Part shown: piece after piece, positions 29,273 to 36,902 of the stretch
Numbering within the stretch: the first letter of the stretch is position 1
How the letters are laid out: each line of letters opens with the position of its first letter
Notes under the pieces: model-generated
The model's input: only the letters and a program-made list of their open reading frames with translations
Database searches by the model: none
What the model was told of the DNA's origin: nothing
NCBI GenBank assembly: GCA_029571005.1
Contig: JAKPTG010000115.1
Span: 1-62,530 of the forward strand
Direction: 5' to 3'
Source: Candidatus Fermentibacterota bacterium
GTDB lineage: Bacteria; Fermentibacterota; Fermentibacteria; Fermentibacterales; JCC-6
Length of the DNA: 62,530 bases
Translations under genes and position numbers: made by a program

Positions 29273-30649
29273 GTGTTTACCTTCAGAAGAAGGCTTTTCC
29301 TGATAATCCTCGCCACTTTGGCCTTGTGGCTCATGCTCTGGTACACCCACAACCTGGTGGAGAGGCTGCGCCTGTCCAGCAGAGTCGCGAATGAAACCGT
29401 GGCCTGGTTCTGGGCCGGAATCCAGTACCCCTTGAGCTTCATCGCAGGCAGGGAAGGTCTCTCGGTATGCATTGAGTGCGGATACTCCCAGCCGCTGGAG
29501 AGGCTTCCCGAGGAAACCCATGTTCCGATCTACTGCCCCCAGTGCCACAGGATGACCCGTTTCGTGACGACCTCCGAACTGAACGCGGAGCAGCGGCGGG
29601 AGGTTCACCGGATGGCCCGGAAGCTGTACTCCGACCTGGTGAACCGGCTTCCGTACTCCATAGTTTTCACGGACAACACGGGTTTCCCGCAGGTGGTTGA
29701 CGGCCGCCCGGTGGACGAGGACACCCCCTCCGACTCCATTGCGGCCTACCGCAAAAAAATAGCCGAACTCGACCGGGTGAACGAACCCCTGCCCATATAC
29801 GGCCCGGGGGGCACGAAACTGGGGTTCCTCTACTACGGAAACGACCCGATCTTCCGGGAGATCGCCTGGATGCCCTTTCTGGAGCTGGGTTTCGTTATTC
29901 TCATAGGTTTGCTGACGGTGCTGTTCATGAGGGGTGAGAGGAAACGCGAGAGGGAGATGTCATGGGTGGCTTTTGCCCGGGAGACCGCTCATCAGATCAG
30001 TACGCCCCTGTCGTCGCTCATGGGGTGGCTTGAGCTGATGGCCGAGAATCCCTCTCTTGAGTCGGTCCCGGACGCCTCGGAAGCGGTCAGGGCTATGAAG
30101 GCCGACGTGGAGAGACTGGAGCAGATAGCCCACAGGTACGCACACATCGGCAGGAAACCCAGAATGGAGCCGGTGGAGGTGGCGGAGGTCGTCTGGGACA
30201 CGGTGACGTACTTCTCCGGGAGGCAGGGCCTGGTCGGGGGAATCACGGTGGAGGCGGGAAATCTGGTGGACGTCCGGGTCGAGGGGAACGCCGTGCTTCT
30301 GGGCTGGGTTCTGGAAAACCTGATAAAGAACGCCGTGGCCGCCTGTTCCTCGGGTGAGGGCCCCGGCAGGGTGGAGGTGGTCTGCGACTATCCCGATGAA
30401 AGCCGAACACTGGTGGAGATCCAGGTCAGCGACAACGGCCGGGGGATTCAGCCCAGGGAGCATGGGCAGGTTTTCAGAACCGGATACTCCACGCGGAAGG
30501 GAGGCTGGGGGCTGGGGCTTCCCCTCTCCAAGAGGATAGTGGAGGAGTACCACAACGGAAAACTGAAGCTTCTGTCCAGCGTGCCCGGCAAGGGTACCAC
30601 GTTCTCCGTGATACTGCCGGTGTGTACTCCGAAGGACGGATCATGCTGA
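29273..30649 (+). CDS. Sensor histidine kinase (PorY-like partner of the adjacent PorX-type regulator)
   Basis: H-box FARETAHQISTPLSSL, N-box ENLIKNAV, and G-boxes DNGRGI and GWGLGL. Two TM segments flank a loop with CIECG...CPQCH. GTG at 29273 follows GAGGGGGG; ATG at 29207 is an alternative start. Confidence 0.8.
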   Translation: MFTFRRRLFLIILATLALWLMLWYTHNLVERLRLSSRVANETVAWFWAGIQYPLSFIAGREGLSVCIECGYSQPLERLPEETHVPIYCPQCHRMTRFVTTSELNAEQRREVHRMARKLYSDLVNRLPYSIVFTDNTGFPQVVDGRPVDEDTPSDSIAAYRKKIAELDRVNEPLPIYGPGGTKLGFLYYGNDPIFREIAWMPFLELGFVILIGLLTVLFMRGERKREREMSWVAFARETAHQISTPLSSLMGWLELMAENPSLESVPDASEAVRAMKADVERLEQIAHRYAHIGRKPRMEPVEVAEVVWDTVTYFSGRQGLVGGITVEAGNLVDVRVEGNAVLLGWVLENLIKNAVAACSSGEGPGRVEVVCDYPDESRTLVEIQVSDNGRGIQPREHGQVFRTGYSTRKGGWGLGLPLSKRIVEEYHNGKLKLLSSVPGKGTTFSVILPVCTPKDGSC

Positions 30650-32193
30650 GGATTCTCTGGGTGGACGACGAGATAAGCCATCTCCGTTCTCACATCCGGT
30701 TCCTCGAAAAGCGGGGCTACACCGTTTACACCGCGGAGAGCGGCAGGGCGGCCCTGGACCTGCTGAAGAGCCACAGGGTGGACCTCGTGCTTCTCGACCA
30801 GATGATGGTGGGGATGGACGGCATGGAGACCGTTGCCGAGATAAGGAAGAGCTACAGGGAGCTTCCCATCGTGATGGTCACCCAGAGCGAGGAGGAGGAA
30901 CTCATGGACCGGGCCCTCACGGGCACGGTGGCCGACTTCCTCACAAAGCCCGTCAACCCCAGCCAGATACTTCTTGTGGTGAAAAAACTCCTCACCGCCG
31001 GAAAGCTGAAGCTTCGTCAGGCGGCCATGGAGGTGATTCAGCAGGCCGAAAGCCTGAGGCTGAGCAGGGACCGGAACCTCGACGATTGGATCGCTCTGTA
31101 CTCCAACTGGGTGGAGAAGGACATCAGCACCCGGGGGCATCTGACGGCGGACTACGGCTCCTTCCAGGGCGTGGGGCTCGATCAGTTGCAGATGGATTTT
31201 TCGGAGTTCATCGAGGAGAACTACAGGGACTGGATAGTTTCCCGGGAGAACTGCCCCCTCATGTCCCACAACTTTCTGGAAAGGGTTCTGTTTCCACTGC
31301 TCGACCGTCCCGGCGAACTGGTTCTCATGGTCATAGACTGCATGCGTTACGACCAGTGGCTTCTGATGACCCGGGATATAGAAAAGTGGTTCCACCGGAA
31401 AGCCGGTTTCATGGTAGCGGGGCTTCCCTCCGCCACCCCGTACAGCAGGAACTCCATCTTCAGCGGAATGCTGCCCCGGGACATAAGCCGTTTTTACCGG
31501 AGCGGCTGGGTCGAGGAGTACGGAGCCCCCGGGCTGAACAGGAACGAGCCGGTTTTTCTTGTGGACGCCCTGAAGAGGCTCGGCTGGAGCGGCGCGGATG
31601 CTGCGGTTTACCTGAAGGCCTCCAACAAGAGGGAGGGGGACAATATCAGGAAGGGGCTCTCCCATTTCCTGGAGAAGGGTTTCATGGCTCTGGTGGTGAA
31701 TTACATTGACCACCTGACCCATGGGCGCAGTGAGCTGGACCTGATCCGCGACCTGGCTCCGGATGTTAAGAGTTTCAGAGCCCTTGCCGAATCCTGGTTT
31801 GCGGGGTCCTTCCTCCGGGAGATGCTGATGACCCTGAGCGCCAGGGGAGCCACGGTGGTGGTCACCAGCGATCACGGCAGCGTCCAGGCCGGACGTATAG
31901 CCTGGGTCAGGGGTGCCCGGGGGATGTCCAGCAGCGTCCGCTACCGGTTCGGAATGTCCCTGTCCGCCGATTCCCGGCAGTCCATTCTCATCCGGGACCC
32001 CACGGCCTGGGGGCTTCCCGGGGACAACCCCAGGAAATCCTACGTCCTGGCCCGGGGCGACTACCTCCTTTTCCACGAGCATGTGGCCCGGGAGGACATG
32101 TACAACTTCAGGGGCTCGTTCCAGCACGGCGGGGTGTCCATGGACGAGATGATCGTTCCCTGTGACGTCCTTACCCCGAGAAGGGTCATGTAG
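30643..32193 (+). CDS. porX: PorX-type response regulator (receiver domain fused to a PglZ/alkaline-phosphatase-superfamily domain)
   Basis: ILWVDDE...DLVLLDQMMVGMDG...TKPV receiver domain. VIDCMRYDQW, LPSATPYSRNSIFSG, IDHLTHG, TSDHGS and FQHGGVSMDEMIVP match PglZ. Overlaps the HK stop (ATGCTGA). Confidence 0.87.
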   Translation: MLRILWVDDEISHLRSHIRFLEKRGYTVYTAESGRAALDLLKSHRVDLVLLDQMMVGMDGMETVAEIRKSYRELPIVMVTQSEEEELMDRALTGTVADFLTKPVNPSQILLVVKKLLTAGKLKLRQAAMEVIQQAESLRLSRDRNLDDWIALYSNWVEKDISTRGHLTADYGSFQGVGLDQLQMDFSEFIEENYRDWIVSRENCPLMSHNFLERVLFPLLDRPGELVLMVIDCMRYDQWLLMTRDIEKWFHRKAGFMVAGLPSATPYSRNSIFSGMLPRDISRFYRSGWVEEYGAPGLNRNEPVFLVDALKRLGWSGADAAVYLKASNKREGDNIRKGLSHFLEKGFMALVVNYIDHLTHGRSELDLIRDLAPDVKSFRALAESWFAGSFLREMLMTLSARGATVVVTSDHGSVQAGRIAWVRGARGMSSSVRYRFGMSLSADSRQSILIRDPTAWGLPGDNPRKSYVLARGDYLLFHEHVAREDMYNFRGSFQHGGVSMDEMIVPCDVLTPRRVM

Positions 32194-32634
32194 TTGAGGG
32201 AGGGGACCTTCGTCCTGGACCGGATGGGGATGGAGGCCTTGGGACGGGAGGTAGCCGCCGAGCTTTCCCCCGGCGGAAGGGTATTCCTGCGAGGCGGGCT
32301 GGGTTCCGGCAAGAGCACCCTGGCCAGGGCCGTTCTCAAGGCCATGGGGGTCACGGGCGCCATTCCCAGCCCCTCCTTCGTCATGGATGCGGTTTACGAC
32401 CTTCCCCGGATGCAGGTTCACCACATGGACCTTTACCGCCTTTCGGGCGACCCCCTGGAATTGGCCATGCTTGGTTTCGACGAGATACTGGATTCGGACG
32501 CGGTGGTGATAGTGGAATGGGCGGACCGGATAAAGGGGCTCGGCGATGTGCCGGGCATTCACATCGGGCTTCGGTGCGTTTCCGACCCGTCGCTCAGGGA
32601 GGTGTCCGTTGCGAGGCGCCTGGCTGGGGATTGA
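32194..32634 (+). CDS. tsaE: tRNA t6A37 biosynthesis ATPase TsaE
   Basis: P-loop LRGGLGSGKSTLARAV, PSPSF and HMDLYRL motifs. The TTG start abuts the porX stop. Confidence 0.85.
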   Translation: MREGTFVLDRMGMEALGREVAAELSPGGRVFLRGGLGSGKSTLARAVLKAMGVTGAIPSPSFVMDAVYDLPRMQVHHMDLYRLSGDPLELAMLGFDEILDSDAVVIVEWADRIKGLGDVPGIHIGLRCVSDPSLREVSVARRLAGD

Positions 32635-33274
32635 CACCCTGTTCGGCACCGGAGGCGCTGCGGTGGTCATGAACGGGGCGACCGCCGCCGAAGCGGCCAT
32701 TCCCGACGGTCTGTCCACCTCGGAAGGCCTTCTGACGACGATAGCGGCGGTTCTGAAAAAAACGGGGCTGACCGGCGCCGATCTGCGGGCGGTGTGTTTT
32801 CCCCTCGGCCCCGGGTCGTACACCGGCCTGAGAATCGCAGCCGCCACGGCCCACGGCTTGGCGGCGGGGTGGGGGATACCCATGAAGGGGGTTCCCACCC
32901 TGAGGTTGCTGGCCTTCGGAACGGGCTCGGCCGCCCCGGTGCTGGCGGCCCTCAGGGCCAGAAAGGGGGAGGTTTTCGCCGCCTTGTACCGGTCCTCCGA
33001 TCCCTTCTCCGGCGAGGTGGTACCTCCGGGAGTTTACACGGCCGGCGATGTTCTCCGCCGGGCGGTGCGTCTTGATCCGCTGGGGGTAGGGTCCGGCCGG
33101 AGCGAGATGCCTTCCCCGGGGATCCGGTGGGCCGCCGACGTCCACGACGATCCCTCTCCCGGCCTGTGTGCTCTGCTTGGGGCGAGGCTGGCGGCGGAGA
33201 GCGGTTTCGATGAGTTTCCCGAACCCCTGTACCTGCGCGGTTTCATGGAAAAGGCGGAGCCCCTTGGAGATTGA
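32609..33274 (+). CDS. tsaB: tRNA t6A37 biosynthesis protein TsaB
   Basis: WLGIDT...GPGSYTGLRIAAATAHGLA...P.YLR pattern. The TTG start at 32609 is inferred and overlaps tsaE. Confidence 0.78.
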   Translation: MRGAWLGIDTLFGTGGAAVVMNGATAAEAAIPDGLSTSEGLLTTIAAVLKKTGLTGADLRAVCFPLGPGSYTGLRIAAATAHGLAAGWGIPMKGVPTLRLLAFGTGSAAPVLAALRARKGEVFAALYRSSDPFSGEVVPPGVYTAGDVLRRAVRLDPLGVGSGRSEMPSPGIRWAADVHDDPSPGLCALLGARLAAESGFDEFPEPLYLRGFMEKAEPLGD

Positions 33275-34496
33275 GATAGCAAGGATAGGCCCCGAATCCC
33301 TCGACCGGGCCCTGTCCCTGGAAATGGAGTGTTTCCCGGACTCCCACTGGGGGCCCGGGGCCCTCAGGGGAGTTCTGGGCCGGCGGCCAAGGAACCTCTC
33401 CCTGGGAGCCCTGTCGGGGGATGAGCTGGTGGGCTGCATCTCGGCGGGCGCCCAGGACGACGGTGTGCTTCACATCCTGTCCCTGGCGGTGTTGCCGGGT
33501 TTCCGGCGCCGGGGGCTTGGAACCCGTCTTCTGTCCGCGGCCGTCCACTGGGGGAGCATGAGGGGCCTGAACCGCGCCTGCCTGGAGGTGAGAGCGGGCT
33601 CCCCGGAAATCCGGAGGCTGTACGGGCGGCTGGGGTTTAGGGAGGAGGGGCGCCTGGACGACTACTACGGGGACGGCGAAGCCGCGGTGGTTATGGGAAG
33701 GGCCGTTCCCGGCAGACCGGAGGTCGCCCGGGCGGCCCGGGAACTGTACGGGCACTTTCGGGGCGCGGTTCCAAGGGTTGGAGTCATCCTGGGCTCCGGC
33801 CTCGGGTGGTTGGCGGGCCCGCCGGAAGGCCGCCGGTCCGTTACTCCCTATGACGGCATTCCCGGCATGGCGGGAAGCGGCGTTCCCGGGCACTCGGGTA
33901 TGCTTTCCACCAACCGGCGGGGTACGGTGGTTTTTCTTCAGGGCAGGAGGCACCGCTACCAGGGGTTCGATGGGGACGAAATCGTTCTGCTTCCTTCCGC
34001 CCTCGCCTCCATCGGAGTGGACACATGGCTCCTCACCACCTCCTCCGGCGCGCTTGCGTCCGGCCTGAGAACGGGGGATGCGGTGATCATCGAGGATCAT
34101 GTCAATGTGTCCGGCTGCGTCCCCGGCGTTCCGTCGGTCCCGCCGGGGACGGTTTACTCCCCGGGGCTTCGGGAGAGGGCGTTCCGGCTGGCCCGGGTTC
34201 TGGGCGCGCCGGTATCCGGGGGTATTTTCGGCTGTGTTTCCGGCCCCGCCTACGAGACCGCCGCGGAAGTGGCTTTCCTGGCGGAGTCCGGTATTTCGGT
34301 GGTATCCATGTCCACGGCCCAGGAAGCCATGGCGCTGGTGTCTCAGGGCTGCCGGGTTCTGGGAGTGGCCCTTGTGACCAACGAGGTGGCTCAGGGCGAC
34401 AGTGTCTCCCACTCCGAGGTTCTCGGGGCGCAACGGACGGTATCAGCCCGGCTGGGACGATTCCTGCCGGACCTGGTGGAAGAACTGGAGAAATGA
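33264..34496 (+). CDS. Fusion protein: RimI-type N-acetyltransferase (N-terminal) and purine nucleoside phosphorylase (C-terminal)
   Basis: A single uninterrupted frame. GNAT motif VLPGFRRRGLGTRLL is followed by PNP motifs ILGSGLG, GVPGHSGML, LQGRRHRYQG, SGPAYETAAE and VSMST. Start is TTG at 33264 or ATG at 33210. Confidence 0.75.
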   Translation: MEIEIARIGPESLDRALSLEMECFPDSHWGPGALRGVLGRRPRNLSLGALSGDELVGCISAGAQDDGVLHILSLAVLPGFRRRGLGTRLLSAAVHWGSMRGLNRACLEVRAGSPEIRRLYGRLGFREEGRLDDYYGDGEAAVVMGRAVPGRPEVARAARELYGHFRGAVPRVGVILGSGLGWLAGPPEGRRSVTPYDGIPGMAGSGVPGHSGMLSTNRRGTVVFLQGRRHRYQGFDGDEIVLLPSALASIGVDTWLLTTSSGALASGLRTGDAVIIEDHVNVSGCVPGVPSVPPGTVYSPGLRERAFRLARVLGAPVSGGIFGCVSGPAYETAAEVAFLAESGISVVSMSTAQEAMALVSQGCRVLGVALVTNEVAQGDSVSHSEVLGAQRTVSARLGRFLPDLVEELEK

Positions 34497-35698
34497 ACTA
34501 CGCGACTGCGGAGAAGTGGGTCTTCAGCCGAAGACGCCTTGGAATGAAGTACAACCTGGACCGTATGACCGCCTTCATGGAAGCCATCGGGAACCCCCAG
34601 GACGCCTTCAGGACGATTCACGTGGTGGGAACCAACGGCAAGGGCAGCACCACGGCGATCCTCGCCGCCCTCGGCCGGGGTCTCGGTCTGTCCGTGGGAC
34701 ATACCACTTCCCCCCATCTGCTGCACTACCGGGAAAGGGTGAGCCTGAACGACGCCTGGATAGCCGAGGAGGATGTCGCCGAGTTCATCACCGACAACCG
34801 CCGGCTGATCCAGAAGCACTCCGCGACCTTTTTCGAGATCACCACCGCGATGGCGGCGTGGCACTTCGCCCGCCGGGGGGCCGAATGGGTCGTGGCGGAA
34901 GCCGGGCTCGGCGGGAGGCTCGACGCCACCCGGATTTACGGAGGCGAAGCCACGGTGTTCACCGGGGTGCAGGTGGAGCACAGCCGCATCCTTGGAGCCA
35001 CCAGGCCTCTGATTGCCCGGGAGAAAGTGGCCGTAGCCCGGGCGGGAACCCTGCTGCTGGCGGCGGAGCAGACCCCTGATGTGGAGCGGGAGATAGCCGA
35101 GGCGGTGGACAGGCTTTCCCTCAGGAGGGTACATCCGGAACCGGTGGAGGAGGCTCCGCTGCCGGGAGCCCACCAGTTGCACAACGGGGCCCTGGCCCTG
35201 GCCGCGGCCCGGGAGCTGTTCCCTGAGGGCCGCCGGTCCGCCGGACCGGTCTATTCGGATTTGTGCAGCCGGGGGTTGCACTGGCCGGGAAGGCTGGATT
35301 TCCGCCCCGGAGATCCGCCTATCCTCTTTGACGTGGCGCATAACCCCGAGGCCATGGAGGCGCTGTTGAACCATCTGGACGGCTGGGCCAAGCCGGTGCC
35401 GGCGGTCATCGGGTTCCTTGCCGACAAGCCGTGGCCCCGGATGGTCCGGCAGTTGTCGGGGAAGGTGGACCCGGTGTTTGCGGTCACTCCGCTCAGCGAG
35501 AGGATGCTTCCCGCGGAGGAGCTTGCGGAGGCCTTCCGGAGTGAGGGGTTTTCCTGCCGGGCCTGCGATACTATAGAGGGCGCCCTGGCGGCCTGCCGGG
35601 AGGCTTCCCGGGGAGGCGGGATTCTGGTCACCGGAAGCTTCTTCGTGGTGGGCGAGGCCATCGCTCAGGCGGAAAAGCACGGCTGGGTCCGGCCCTGA
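34493..35698 (+). CDS. folC: Folylpolyglutamate synthase / dihydrofolate synthase
   Basis: HVVGTNGKGST P-loop and EAGLGGRLDAT. ATGA overlap with the upstream gene. Confidence 0.85.
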   Translation: MNYATAEKWVFSRRRLGMKYNLDRMTAFMEAIGNPQDAFRTIHVVGTNGKGSTTAILAALGRGLGLSVGHTTSPHLLHYRERVSLNDAWIAEEDVAEFITDNRRLIQKHSATFFEITTAMAAWHFARRGAEWVVAEAGLGGRLDATRIYGGEATVFTGVQVEHSRILGATRPLIAREKVAVARAGTLLLAAEQTPDVEREIAEAVDRLSLRRVHPEPVEEAPLPGAHQLHNGALALAAARELFPEGRRSAGPVYSDLCSRGLHWPGRLDFRPGDPPILFDVAHNPEAMEALLNHLDGWAKPVPAVIGFLADKPWPRMVRQLSGKVDPVFAVTPLSERMLPAEELAEAFRSEGFSCRACDTIEGALAACREASRGGGILVTGSFFVVGEAIAQAEKHGWVRP

Positions 35699-35756
35699 CT
35701 TCCGTCCCGGGATTTTACTAAATTACGGTTTGAAACCGAACAGGGAAGGAAGGAAA

Positions 35757-36002
35757 ATGGCTTCCGGCAAGAAGAAGGTTCCCGAAACCGGGAAGGCCAG
35801 GGACAAGGGGCTTGAGGAACCCCCCCTCACCACCCTCAATTATGTCCTGTTCATCGCGGGTCTCCTGGTGATCACCGCAGGCTGGTTCCTGCTGAGGGCG
35901 GGGCACATTTCCGTGTCGCCCGTGATGCTCATAGTCGGCTACTGCGTCCTGATCCCCCTGGGGATCATCCTCCGCCCGGGGAGCGGAAACGGCGGAAAGT
36001 GA
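35757..36002 (+). CDS. Small two-TM membrane protein (DUF3098-like)
   Basis: 81 aa with RBS GGAAGGAAGGAAA. A basic N-terminus is followed by LNYVLFIAGLLVITAGWFLL and VMLIVGYCVLIPLGIIL. Confidence 0.6.
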   Translation: MASGKKKVPETGKARDKGLEEPPLTTLNYVLFIAGLLVITAGWFLLRAGHISVSPVMLIVGYCVLIPLGIILRPGSGNGGK

Positions 36003-36742
36003 AGAAGGCCCTTTCCCCGTTCTGTCTGCTGGCGGCCCTGTCCGTCGGGTGCGGGGGCTCCGACGACCACGGGCACCTTCCCTTCCCCGAAGGGGCCGCC
36101 CACGAGGATACGTTGTTCGTGACCGTCCCGGGGGGGGTCTTCATCAACTCGTCCGGGGAGGAGGTGCAGGTTGGAACCTTCGAGATCATGGTGCATGAGG
36201 TCTCCAACCGGTTCTACGCCGCCGCCGCCGCCGCCGCCGGTGTCGAGCTCCCGCCCGACCCGTGCTTTCCCGGGGTCGGCAATTACATGGAGGATCTGCC
36301 CGGTTATCCCGTGGTGAACCTCAGCCCCTGCGAGGCTTCCCGGGTCGCCGGGTCCCTTGGCCTCAGGCTTCCCACCAGGAATGAATGGGAGTACGCCGCG
36401 TCCCGGGGGCTCTCCGGCGACATCGCCAGGCTGTTTCCCTGGGGTGCACTGTCTCCCGACGAGACTCCGGGCTTTCCCGCCAACTACCTTGCAATGGATG
36501 AATGGAACAGCCGGGACGCCGACGGTTTCGCCTATACCGCACCTATCGGTTCCTACCCCCTGTCATCTGCCGGGGTGGCGGACCTTGGGGGCAATGTGGC
36601 GGAGTTCACCCTGACCGATTCCTCCTGGGTTCTGAAGGGCGGCGGTTGGGCTCAGCCCGGCGATGCCATGCTCCTGGGATGGGCCATGGATTTCGCCGAC
36701 GGTGACCGATGTTGGTACGCCGGGTGCAGGTTCGTGAGGTGA
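35999..36742 (+). CDS. Formylglycine-generating-enzyme (SUMF1/FGE-sulfatase) family lipoprotein
   Basis: Lipobox LAALSVGC. HEVSNRFY, RLPTRNEWEYAA, GNVAEF and KGGGW are typical of the FGE-sulfatase fold. GTGA overlap with the upstream gene. Confidence 0.78.
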   Translation: MKKALSPFCLLAALSVGCGGSDDHGHLPFPEGAAHEDTLFVTVPGGVFINSSGEEVQVGTFEIMVHEVSNRFYAAAAAAAGVELPPDPCFPGVGNYMEDLPGYPVVNLSPCEASRVAGSLGLRLPTRNEWEYAASRGLSGDIARLFPWGALSPDETPGFPANYLAMDEWNSRDADGFAYTAPIGSYPLSSAGVADLGGNVAEFTLTDSSWVLKGGGWAQPGDAMLLGWAMDFADGDRCWYAGCRFVR

Positions 36743-36775
36743 GGGGTGAGGCTCGAAGCCTCACCCCTTTGGTTC
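36743..36775 (+). terminator. Intrinsic terminator
   Basis: GGGGTGAGGC-TCGAA-GCCTCACCCC followed by TTTGGTT, immediately after the 36742 stop. Confidence 0.75.
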
Positions 36776-36852
36776 TGGTGGGCGAAGAGGGACTCGAACC
36801 CCCGACATCCTGCTTGTAAGGCAGGCACTCTGACCAGCTGAGTTATTCGCCC
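36776..36852 (-). tRNA. tRNA-Val (anticodon TAC), CCA encoded
   Basis: The minus strand reads GGGCGAATAACTCAGCTGGTCAGAGTGCCTGCCTTACAAGCAGGATGTCGGGGGTTCGAGTCCCTCTTCGCCCACCA. It folds as a cloverleaf with anticodon loop CTTACAA. Confidence 0.9.
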
Positions 36853-36863
36853 GCTGCGGCGGC

Positions 36864-36892
36864 ATACTAAGACCGGGGCGGTTTGCCGTCAA
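36864..36892 (-). promoter_or_regulatory. Sigma70-like promoter of tRNA-Val
   Basis: On the minus strand: TTGACG (36892-87), 17 nt spacer, TAGTAT (36869-64), ending 11 nt before the mature tRNA 5' end. Confidence 0.55.
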
Positions 36893-36902
36893 GGAAGGAA
36901 GA

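Noticed and set aside
15428-32193. A BREX-like defence system suggested by a Lon-like protease (BrxL-like), a PglZ-domain protein and methyltransferases in the same window.
   Set aside because: The components are 13 kb or more apart with unrelated housekeeping genes between them. The PglZ domain is fused to a receiver and paired with a kinase (PorX/PorY architecture). No BrxA/B/C or PglX-type genes are present.
30448-32898. 816-aa minus-strand ORF spanning the porX/tsaE/tsaB region.
   Set aside because: It is antisense to three well-supported plus-strand genes, has a G/P/H/V-rich low-complexity translation, and has no RBS or motifs. The same reasoning applies to 2506..4524(+), 8486..10168(-), 10135..11364(-), 40411..42156(-), 43275..44927(-), 57653..59251(-) and 59968..61470(-).
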